From Botryllus schlosseri (lineage: Eukaryota), in NCBI GenBank assembly GCA_051294905.1, contig CM119371.1, positions 3,536,001-3,600,000 on the forward strand: DNA of 64,000 nt. Direction: 5' to 3'. A program made the position numbers and the translations under genes. Shown here in pieces: positions 53,417 through 64,000 of this stretch. The first letter of the stretch is position 1, and each line of letters opens with the position of its first letter. Under the pieces are notes generated by a model that did not search any database, was not told where the DNA came from, and saw nothing but the letters and a program-made list of their open reading frames with translations.

Positions 53417-54307
53417 TCTGTACATAAGTATCGTGGCTGAAAAGTACACTTGGTATCATACCCTGCTATGCGAGTGTCTGTACATAACTATTGTGGCTGG
53501 AAAGTACACTTGGTATGATACGCGACTATGCGAGTGTCTTCACATAAGTCTTGTGGCTGAAAAGTACACTTGGTATCATACCCTACTATGCGAGTGTCTG
53601 TACATAACTATTGTGGCTGGAAAGTACACTTGGTATGATACGCGACTATGCGAGTGTCTCCACATAAGTCTTGTGGCTGAAAAGTACACTTGGTATGATA
53701 CGCGACTATGCGAGTGTCTTCACATAAGTCTTGTGGCTGTAAAGTACACTTGGTATGATACGCGACTATGCGAGTGTCTTCACATAAGTATTGTGGCTGA
53801 AAAGTGCACTTGGTATGATACGCGACTATGCGAGTGTCTTCACATAAGTCTTGTGGCTGAAAAGTACACTTGGTATCATACCCTACTATGCGAGTGTCTG
53901 TACATAACTATTGTGGCTGGAAAGTACACTTGGTATGATACGCGACTATGCGAGTGTCTCCACATAAGTCTTGTGGCTGAAAAGTACACTTGGTATGATA
54001 CGCGACTATGCGAGTGTCTTCACATAAGTCTTGTGGCTGAAAAGTACACTTGGTATCATACCCTACTATGCGAGTGTCTGTACATAACTATTGTGGCTGG
54101 AAAGTACACTTGGTATGATACGCGTCTATGCGAGTGTCTTCACATAAGTCTTGTGGCTGAAAAGTACACTTGGTATCATACCCTACTATGCGAGTGTCTG
54201 TACATAACTATTGTGGCTGGAAAGTACACTTGGTATGATACGCGACTATGCGAGAGTCTTCACATAAGTATTGTGGCTGAAAAGTACACTAGATACCATA
54301 CACGACT
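53417..54307. repeat. 60-bp minisatellite, ~15 units (right arm, inverted relative to left)
   Basis: Reverse complement of the 48841-50776 unit. A partial first unit lies at 52143-52159, before the hAT insertion. Confidence 0.98.
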
Positions 54308-56301
54308 ATGGGGGTTTCTTATACATGAGTGCTTTCTTACGTCGGGTCTTTTCTGGGCAACGGCGCGGGTGAAGAGGAGCCCAGATAAACCTTCACCATC
54401 TCCCCACATCTTGCAAGTGTCCGTACATGAGTTTAGTGGCCGCAAAGTACACTAGATACACTTGATAGTATAGGCGTCATACGTTTTATTTTTTAAATTT
54501 TCGATAAAAATGCGATACACAATACATAATGTGGTGAAGAGATTGGAGTAAGTCGCTTCCTTTCCCCTTTCCTTCGATTTCTTGTACAAGCCGTTCATCT
54601 GGCATGCGAGCGAGCGATGTAAAATGTAATCTTGCTCGTCACCGGCATGTGTATCTGTGAATTCAAGATATAATAATATGATAAGATATAATATGGAACC
54701 TTGACAGTATTTATAGGGTTTAGTGGGGAGCATAGTCGGTAACTACGTGAAGCACTATGAATTCCGACAGTTTCAGGTGCAACACTGATCGGTGGTGGTC
54801 ATGGGGAACACTGGCCGGATTCCACACTTGACCCGAGAATTCGGCCGTGGTAGATCTCGTAGCGGTACCGGTCACCATGATTGGTTACTGTAATGTTTGC
54901 CGGTGAACTTGGCACTTTGAGTGGTTGTCAATGTTGTACGGGGGTCAGGGCATGCGTAGATCACACAGTCACGGCGTGATTAGATCACAGATTGCGTAAT
55001 TGCGGGAAATAACGCAACGCTCTTCACTTGGTGAACTCGGCCCTTGGAGGAATTGGCACTAGAACACCTTCGCATTAGAAATGCATTTAGTATGAATGAA
55101 CAGTATCAAAAAGGAAATTTAAACGTGTCGTGGCTCGTGGTAGATCTCGTAATCTTGGGATCCTTCAACCGTGTTATCGAGACACCCTAATCCCAGAGTG
55201 GAATCGTCTCTCCAAAGGCAAAAAATAATTTATTTTGACGTGATCATGCGAAACATTTGTTGATGAGGAACACTGGCTTGTCGTGATCGATAAACGAAGA
55301 AGCGCCGCTTGATGTTCCACAGTTTTGATCTCACATACAACGCCAAGATCCATCTTCTCAAAACTTACACGACACAGGCCCGTGACTCACGCCATCGATT
55401 CCAAGCAGATCGCGCGTGGTCGGCATATGAGCGCTGTGTTATTTCCCGTGTTTACGCAATCCGTGATCTAATCACGCCGTGACTGCGCGATCTACGGATG
55501 CCCTGACCTCCTTACAAGATTGACGAATCACTTGATAATACTATTATTAGTTTGATAATTCATATTAATAGCTGTAAATACACTTCATTTCAAAATTTCC
55601 CGAGGGCCGAATTCACCAAGTGCCGAGTTTGTGCGGCCGAATTCACCAAGTGCCGGGTGCATCGGCAACCATCTGCCCACTTACAGCACGGCCCACTCCT
55701 AGGCTTTTTAAGACATGGCTATGCGAATCAGATGGCGAGGAGGAGCCTAGATAAACGGCCAACACTTCGGTAGGAATTATGGAGTAGACGTGTCAGGCTC
55801 GAACCCGCAATTCATTGGTGTTTAGCTATAATGGAACGTACCACTACGTTTCCTCGCCATACCTTGTAAAATGAGACCGTAGCATTTGGCATTTCGTGTG
55901 GCAATTGACTTTTGTGTGGAAAATTGTGTTCGTCTTAGAACTTATCCGAAACTTTTATTCCGCCATAGATTGTATATGATAAAACGATATCGGAATTGAT
56001 CCTAGAAGAATTCCAAAGCAACTCACCACAAAGGAGGATTTAAAGAAGTTTGATGGAAAATTGAATGAAAGCAAAAGCCTTTGCAAGAGATGTGGTATGT
56101 TGAATCTGTTTTGGTATTTTTAAATAGGCCTACTTTGTTGTGCCGATAGCAGACGGTATATATAAACGTAAGATGTGGAAGCTATCAAGGTGTTTTTAGA
56201 AATTCAGTCAGTCAAAGTGGACGATCGTATTGCTTGGATTATATTTAGGCTTATTTTAGCATCTTTGAGATGCAACTCTGAACGTGAACGGTCATGAACA
56301 G

Positions 56302-56968
56302 TAGGGCTCTTCAAAAATGACTTTTTTTCTCAAATCGTACTGGCTACTTGATAAAATTGTTAGGTTACCTAATTTAAGCCTACAAACAAAATATGGTTCA
56401 AATCCAGCCAGTATCCGCTTTGCTACAAGAGAAAAAAGTTCCTATTTATTATATAAAAATGAATAATAAAAAATTTGAAGATTTTCTGTTAACCCCATGA
56501 AAGTGTTAGGCTGTCTATAGAAACGATGCTCACCAAATTTGGTTCAATTCCAACCAGTGGAAGCGGAGTTATTGCTGTCGAAAAATTTGGATTTTAATAA
56601 AATAGTACTTACGGTGAGCACAACTTTAATAAGTAAACAAAGAATCGGTCACCGTAAATACTATTTTATTCAAATCCAAATTTTTCGACAGCAATATCTC
56701 CGCTTCCACTGGTTGGAATTGAACCAAATTTGGTGAGCATCGTTTCTATAGACAGCCTAACACTTTCATGGGGTGAACAGAAAATTTTCAAATTTTTATT
56801 ATCTATTTATTTTTATATAATAAATAGAAACTTTCTTCTCCTGTAGCAAAGCGGTTACTGGCTGGAATTGAACCAAATTTTGTGTTTAGGCTTAAATTAG
56901 GTAACCTAACAATTTTATCAAGTAGCCAGAACGATTTGAGAAAAAAAAGTCATATTTTAAGAGCCCTA
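56302..56968. mobile_element. Palindromic foldback MITE, second copy of 322-984
   Basis: Near-identical to 322-984 along its length. TAGGGCTCTT / AAGAGCCCTA termini. TSD degraded (ATGAACAG / ATGTCCAT). Confidence 0.9.
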
Positions 56969-59622
56969 ATGTCCATGTCAGAGAAACGTTTTAGGGTAGG
57001 CCTACTCATATGTCTCGCAGCGTTCTCTACATAATTGTCAATTGCGATACAAACTGTTTGCTTGTATTGGTAAAGCCATCCAACTTCGAATTGTAAAATG
57101 TTGGGAGTCTTGATATCAAATTTTTGAAAGGTGCACTTTGAGAAGATTTCGGAATCTGTCAAATTATACAAAAATTTAGCAAATTCTTTGACATATTTCA
57201 TCTATTTGGGACTCGATCAACGTAAAAGAATTGGTAATCATTTTATACAATATATTGTATTTGTAGTTGAAGTATAGTAATAATTCTTATGGTTACCGCA
57301 CTTGTAACGATTCACGGCCATAACTAGAATAATTAGAATGATGTAACTTTCAAATTGTCATGCATTTTGCAACAACATTGTTCTCAATTTTCAAGGTGCT
57401 GACCATTCGAGCAAGAATCACCCACCGGGAATTCACGATCCGTAAACGCGGCCGACTGTTTCTCTCCTCAAGCGGAAGCGACAGAGAAGAGGAACGAAGA
57501 GAAAAAAGGAGCAGAAATAGCAAGAGTGTGACAAGTCGCGTCCGTTCGCTTTAATGCGTATTTCCATCCGCGAAGTAGTAGGTGGGAAAACTAATGGGCG
57601 TTTGGTTAGCGCTTATATAAGGTTGACTCCAGCGCTGTATTTGCTAAATGTTGCTATGAAATAGGGGTGGTGTCATTTGGTATCAATATTGACTATTGAA
57701 AGACCATTTGTTAGTGGTCATGGGTTTGTTCGGCCAGTATGCAGTAATTTCTGATGGTCACTTCCCGGGGTTCTGTTCTCTAACCCCTCATGATTGTTAT
57801 TCTGCTTCTAGTAAGACTGTCGATTCTAATGTTTTATCGTATCATTTGTCGGAGGTTTCGCTCGCTTTATTTACAACGTCAATTACTGGCTGAGTATCAC
57901 TACAGCCTAAGAAACTGCACCAATTCTCATTTTAATGTCTTTGCTGGTTATCTTGCTGTCAATTCTAATAATTTATTAATGTCTATACCAGTGCCGCCAC
58001 TCAAATGTTTTGTTCTCTGTACACAATATTATTAGGTCTTCAGCTTTCCATGCAGAGTATCATTCCACTTTCTAGACTTGAGTATATATCTCTCCAACTA
58101 GCTGCCAAATAACTGATTCATTTGGATTGTTGAATTGATCATTTTGGACAGAATGTGAAGAAATTTTAGTCAAGAATTCTTTTTGTGTTAGTGGCTGTTT
58201 TCAAAGAGTGCTGAAGTAGTCATCGTTGATCTTGATAATCAAGTAGAAGTGACGATTGAAGTCAGTTCTCTAGTCATATAATATTAAAAAATATAATAAT
58301 AAAACTTGAAAACTTGAGTGGAAATAGTTCAGAATCGAATCCATTTTAGTAAGTATGGGCGAAAAAAATGTAGGAGTCATTCGTTAGTCGCTACCTCTGC
58401 CATTTTCGCAGTACGAATGTCTTAGCTATTAATCATCATTTTCATTTTATTTCTGCAGGGTGTTGAAAAGAAAAGGCCGCATGCTGGTTATTTAACTGGC
58501 TCATCAGAAGATGAAACCTGATTATAAGGACTGTTTTCACTTTCTTTCTAAAGACATTCGTTCGTTTGTTCGTTTTATTTTTATAACGGCATTATTGCCA
58601 ATTCGTTTGAAGTTAAATTATCACAAATGTGATTAATATGTAGTAAATAATGTGGTGTGTGTACGCAGCCGTGATCAGGTTAAGCCCATAGTGGTTGAAA
58701 ACAGGTTATTATATCAGGATCTTCTTCTTCTAACGTAGGATCTACATTCTACTCACCATGTTTAAAGGCTGTAGCATCTGCATAATATTTACATTATTGA
58801 AGGACATGGAAAAGACGTTGAATTGAGTCGACACAAAATCCCCCTTTCTACGACCTGCCAAGATCTAATATCTACTAAATCGGCTCGGCTTTTCTACATC
58901 TTTGGTCTGTACTGTGTTTGCTGGGGCTCAAATAACTAATTATTATATATTTCAAATCAATTCCATACATTTCATAACATGAAAACGCAGGCCAATACAA
59001 CAAAAAAATCACGGAAATTCCAGCCACTACTCTTCAAGTCTAAGATGCATATACTCACTAGGAGTCATTAACAATAGTCTTGAGTTATAATGAGTTTTGG
59101 ATAATGTCATAATAATTACAAATTAGTCACAATGGACAGTAAGAGTAATTTATAGAATGTCAAGCAGCAAATCATAATATCTCAGTAAAAAGGGAATATT
59201 GAATCACATCCATGAGATTATCTGAAATTTCGATTGTTATGGATTGACAATTTGCCTCTTTTTCGGACAGTCACTTAAAATCAATTAATCACATATCAAT
59301 GATGAACGAGGTCATCAAGAGAAATGAGCCAATTATATTATGCTCGAAGCATTTAGAATCACCAAGGTAGCAGAAAACTTGGTCATTGGTCATAAAAGCC
59401 AGAAAAATCGTTGGCTCGGAGTATACAGCGACCGTCATTCTACAGAATAATATCAAGGCCTTGAAATATTTTGGTAATGAAAGTTTTAAACTAGGTAAGT
59501 ATACCTTTCAACACACTCCAGAAGTCAACTGTACTAAAGATATAGAGAAAGATCACTAGATCATGATGGAACATGGAGAATCCTACATAATTGACATTAC
59601 AATGGATTTGATATACTACACT

Positions 59623-60805
59623 GGTTGCCAGTGAACTCGGCACCTGGTGAAATCGGCGCTTGTATTGTGACGCAACGATGCCGCATGTCGGTATTGGTCT
59701 ACTCGGTACATGTATTGCTAATTTGACGGATAGAGGGAATGATTGATATAATCGATGGACAATGGACATGGACAATTGGATATATGCGTTGAGATTGAAG
59801 TGGGGCCGCTACTGGTAGTCGATCTTTACAACCGGGTAAGTCGAATATTGCTAATTAATTCGATGTGAGCTATCAGATCTTAACTAAATTTTGTTTGCAG
59901 GAAGATGCCGTTGATATTGAAGTGGGTCCGCTACCGGTAGCCGATCTTAACAACCAGGTAAGTCGAATAGTGCTAATTAATTCGATATGAGTGATCAGAT
60001 TTTAACTTATAATTTTGTTTGCAGGAAGATGATCTCATTGAGTCGTCGTTATCCGATGTGTCCGCTGCTCAGGTCAACTCTGAAATGTCATGCTCGGACG
60101 AGTCAACTAATAAAATATTGGAGGGTGTATCGCAAAGAGGATGAGATATGCTGTTTGACGACTAAAGTCGATCGTTATTCTTACACCAGGAAGATGAAAA
60201 AAAAACATGCCTCAATTCTTTGGAGATGCAAGAATCGTGCAAAATATATGTATTTTATTTATAGCTTTCAATACAATATCCATTGTAAAATAATATTTAT
60301 TGAACTCGAAGACTTTTCGGGTGCCTCTTTTCAAGAGTTAACGGCACACATATTTTATTTATTAGTTGATTAGTTATTGATAAGTTCAGCTGTTAGGTTT
60401 ATTAGAGATTTTATAAGTTCAATACAACACAACAATACTGATTTTGTATTAGCTGATTACTTATAGGAAGGTGTGATTTTGTCACAGGTAGCTTGGTCAG
60501 GAGCAAGGTGAAGGGTGACATTAGGGAAACATCCTGCTAACAAAATATAGTTGAAGGGCGATATTTAATTTATAATATCCGTTTCTTTGAAGGCAAAAAC
60601 TGATTATTTTGGCCTTCATAAGTTTCGATGTGTTCATGGGAAACATTTATTGGTGTCATGGGGAACATTGTATTGTCATAAACTTGAAACAATAGAGATC
60701 GCACAGCATCTACGGTCAAACGAAGTGCCGAGTTCATCAAGTGCCGAGTTCACCAAGTGCCGAGTTCAAGGTGCCGAGTTGAAGGTGCCGAGTTCACTGG
60801 CAACC
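59623..60805 (+). mobile_element. Internally deleted GG-ended element with FLYWCH-like transposase relic (MULE/Phantom-like)
   Basis: TIR GGTTGCCAGTGAACTCGGCAC / GTGCCGAGTTCACTGGCAACC, with five GTGCCGAGTT repeats at the right end. Perfect TSD ACTACACT at 59615-59622 and 60806-60813. Exons 59755-59835, 59901-59957 and 60025-~60245 end in ILEGVSQRG*DMLFDD..YSYTRKMKKKHASILWRCKNR. Confidence 0.85.
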
Positions 60806-63631
60806 ACTACACTACATTCATTTTGACAAATTTTTTAATTTTATATTTTTTTGGGGTTTTGTGAAGTATTTAATATCTATCATAATCCATCACACAAAAC
60901 GTAAAGACAGTACACAGTACACACTGCACAGTACACATCTAACAATATAACACTTTTATCATTTTTCCATATATATGATTTTTATGTAATTTTATTATAA
61001 TCAATTATTTTATAGGTGTAGGACGATGGTATATATTTATTTTATCCCGCGAGTCGATCCCAACTTGCGAGTAAATCCTTATAATAGCAAACAATTCAAC
61101 AGGATGACGGCTTGAACACTACTGTAGTCAAATAACCTACGCATTCAAATCCATTCAACCAGTAATTTGTGCCGTAAAACATTCCTCTTCGGAAATATGT
61201 ATTTTCGACGTGACATTTATGGCATTACCATTGTTTTCGTCGATTTGTGAAGCTTTATGCAACTGTTTTGGTTACTTAATTGTAAAATGCATATTAGAAA
61301 TAGTTTCATGAAATTTCATCGATTGAACATGAAATAGTCAGTTTGAATTCTAAAAGGAATAGCAGTAATTCTGCTCTGCACGTCTCCATTTTGTTGATGA
61401 CGATTGACTGTTGTACACGAGTGACAATGTTGCATCTACAATGTTTTCTTCCACTCACTGGAAAACAATGGCCGCTGAATAAATCACTATCCCAGTTAAT
61501 CAATTACGTCAGCAAACTATTCGGACTATGAGCAGAAAATTAACTGTTCGCACAGGTATGCCATAACAATGCACAAAATAGAATTCGACTTGCTGTAGAG
61601 TACCTGGGATCAGAGTCGGATGACTCGTAGGGATTGAATCTACAGGACGATTCGGCATTTAAATTTTCGCGAGACGATTCTCCCGTATCGTCGGCACACA
61701 ATCCAATATACGGTAACATATTTAGTCACTACACGAGTTTCATGAAAATAAACCTGCAGACAACACATCGTATCGCGGGAGCGGTATTGGCTGGGACAGT
61801 GTACTTGCTAGAGGACTTTGTTAACAGTTAACATTTCGATTAAAGAACTTGCAGTGCTGTTGACAATATCGAGTATCAATGACACTCGAAAAGTAGTTAT
61901 CGGCTTGTTTTATGGAAAGTCAAAAATATTGGTGACGATAGTGATAGTGACGGAACTGGATTTAATGACCTAGTTTTTGCGGACTCAGTAATTCTAATCC
62001 CAATCTAATTTGGAAAAATGTATAGCTATAACTACAGTTTTAATCTATTTTGAATAAAGTAACGCGATAATTATAATTCTACCATAAGTTGGAAATAACT
62101 GTGTAGCGTCAATTCTAATTCTACTGTATGCTGAAAGAAAATGTAACTATAATTATAATACTAATCAATTTTGCAAAATCAGGAAATCTTCTAGATGACC
62201 TAGTCTGACTGGAAATGAATCTGAAATCTTGTCGATTTGCAGAACAACTATTGAGCACATTCAAGACGAAGTTTACGAAAAATTTGTAAGTTGTCACTTG
62301 CGATTACCTAGGAAAAGTATTCGACAACCAGTCCCAGTAATAATATTTAAAATGCACATACTCCAGTACTTTTCAAACTTTCATTTACACTATTGCTACA
62401 TGCATCCGAGTAAAAAATGAAGAGGATCACTCCAAAATCTGTTCGATAGTCTCTTTAAAAATTATGTGACAACATATTACGATCAATAACTATCTTTATT
62501 TCTCCCCCAGCAGCTAAACAATCCCGACGCATTAATTCTCGACCTACGCCGTATTGACATATAAATTCTTCGAGTATCTCATCAAATCTCAGTTTCATAA
62601 TACAACAAATATTTCTCCCGATAAAATGAAATCTGTGTGGTATGAATGCAGCAAGTAATCAAGAATTGAAGTGACGCAATTATGCTGAAGATCAACTTCA
62701 GTATATATTGACAGAGGTGGTCAGTAACCAACTAACTCCATTTTTTTAAATAATAAAAATACGTTTTGCCCACTTACACTACTTAGTTAAGTAGTTATTA
62801 GTTCAGACTACTTCTACTTCTATTTGAAAACTTCAATTTTTTCAGCAAAACTAGGAGTGATATGAAAAGTAAGTTGCGTTTTGATATGAAATGATGCATG
62901 ACAGCGCTATTATATTCTTGCAGAATAAACAAAGTCTTTTTTCCACAAAGCTACGTGTGATGCGACGGGTGTCGACGTTATGATGTCACTATCCGACATC
63001 ACATCAGTTAGTATTTTATATCAATTTATATAATACATAGTTTGCGTCACAATATTTCTAAGCTGTTGTTGGAGACCGGATGTGCATGAGAATGGACCGA
63101 CGATGTAATGGAAGGATAAATCTCGACTCTCATTTTAGAACGGCCAGACTTCGTAACATCTACTCACCTCCGATAAAAATCCCAGTCGAGTCGCTGCCAT
63201 GCATCCGGTTCTCGGTACACTGAAATAAGAAATAAGTTCAAAATGCTTCTTAGTAAAAGATGTATTCACCCTATGCGCTGTTCCTGAGCCTATGGCGTAA
63301 TATCTCAAACAGTCATAAGGCTCGAAGAGAGTTGAAATCATCAAAAATATAAATGAATTGTGTCCTACGATACACGGTGGTTTAGTTATGGTAAGTAAGC
63401 GTAATGAACTTGCGCTTATCTACTATTTTAAATCCAAATCCTATTCCTGATGATACATTCATCCAAGTACAAATCCGTATTTTATTTTGTCTCGCGTTCA
63501 TATCCACCTCCAATTCGGTAATGAATGAAACTTGATCAAAAAGTCGCATGAAAATGAAAGTTACGTGAAATTCTAAGTCAAAGTACGGATGAAAATCCAT
63601 CTTCAAATAAATCATAAACCATTATCTAAAG

Positions 63632-63898
63632 CAGTGGACGAAGGGTGCGACAGGGGGCGATGGCGCGTCAAAACGGCTATATTGGAGTAAAGTTGGAGAA
63701 ATGACATTTTTTTTTAGTCAACCGATGAAAAGTTAGCTGAAACTTCGATATCGAGCCGAAAAGTTGACATTTTGTTTATTCAATCCGCTGGTGATTACAG
63801 TTTGTATGCCCATTTTTCGGTTCACCAAATTTGGGGGGCGATGATCGGTGTGGTGCTTGAAAAGGAGGCGTTGAGTCGAAAAACGTTGGCAGCCCCTG
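63632..63898. mobile_element. Small hAT-type MITE
   Basis: CAGTGG / CCCCTG ends. TSD ATCTAAAG / ATCTGAAG (7/8). Confidence 0.5.
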
Positions 63899-64000
63899 AT
63901 CTGAAGCCAGGCAAAAGAGATGACACGTGACCTCAATACCATAGAGATGCATAGAGTGGATTCGCAAAATAGTGATATTATTTGTTTTAGTTTTCGTTCA

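Larger units (their letters stand above)
48314..54834 (+). mobile_element. Merlin-superfamily DNA transposon with very long foldback arms
   Basis: GGGTCAAGTGT / ACACTTGACCC termini. Perfect 8-bp TSD GAGAATTC at 48306-48313 and 54835-54842. Near-identical ~527-bp unique inverted arms (48314-48840 and 54308-54834) continue into inverted 60-bp arrays. IS1595-type transposase in the centre. Confidence 0.93.
48252..55670. mobile_element. Non-autonomous element of the GGTTGCCAGTGAACTCGGCAC family (probably MULE/Phantom-like)
   Basis: Perfect 8-bp TSD ATCTGCCC at 48244-48251 and 55671-55678. Inverted ends with repeated AACTCGGCACTT.GTGAATTCGGCC. Same terminal family as 59623-60805. Confidence 0.85.
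48226..55858 (-). mobile_element. tRNA-derived SINE (~205 bp) split by the 48252-55670 insertion: head 55679-55858, tail 48226-48251
   Basis: Minus strand begins GGCGAGGAAACGTAGTGGT (A-box-like) and contains GGTTCGAGCC (B-box). The (AAT)n tail at 48226-48239 joins the head once the insertion and one TSD are removed. Confidence 0.6.
46749..58925. mobile_element. Second EnSpm/CMC-like element (CCCAGCAAACAC termini, 2-bp TSD), host of the Merlin nest
   Basis: TIR CCCAGCAAACACA / TGTGTTTGCTGGG. TSD GC at 46747-46748 and 58926-58927. Subterminal repeats GTAG(A/T)AGGATG and TTCTAC. Decayed exon-like piece at ~55990-56095 (IDPRRIPKQLTTKEDLKKFDGKLNES). Confidence 0.7.

Noticed and set aside
55785..55858. 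tRNA gene
   Set aside because: It has a B-box and a weak A-box but no convincing cloverleaf. It continues into a body and an (AAT)n tail, so it is better read as a SINE.
37348..63898. One giant hAT element from CAGGGGCGGGCAAC (37348) to GTTGGCAGCCCCTG (63898)
   Set aside because: The flanks do not match (CCCTATGC vs ATCTGAAG). The right end pairs better with 63632, and the 37348 end stays unpaired.
1073..63967. Remaining 60-137-aa ORFs in the supplied track
   Set aside because: Most lie in MITEs or low-complexity repeats, often use TTG/GTG starts and show no recognisable motifs. They are treated as chance ORFs.

Overview
AT-rich eukaryotic (animal) genomic DNA with short GT-AG introns of about 65 bp and no intact host gene. 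A marine invertebrate such as an ascidian is a guess, not demonstrable here. (1) About 3.6-34.1 kb: a minus-strand array of decayed exons of an RBM28/Nop4-like RRM gene. One near-colinear copy and several duplicated, re-ordered exon blocks are interleaved with many hAT-type MITEs (8-bp TSDs) and hAT transposase relics. (2) 37.65-45.61 kb: a CCCAG-ended, 2-bp-TSD (EnSpm/CMC-like) element holding a four-level nest. (3) 46.75-58.93 kb: a second CCCAG-ended element holding a five-level nest: EnSpm-like > tRNA-derived SINE > GG-ended 8-bp-TSD element > Merlin > hAT. The standout is a 6.5-kb Merlin (IS1595/ISXO2-type) transposon at 48314-54834. It has a perfect 8-bp TSD, kb-scale foldback arms made largely of a 60-bp minisatellite, and a spliced, uninterrupted DDE core whose N-terminal exon is not evident. 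(4) 59.6-60.8 kb: a related GG-ended element with a FLYWCH-like (MULE/Phantom-like) relic. All protein assignments are by-eye motif recognition; no searches were run.
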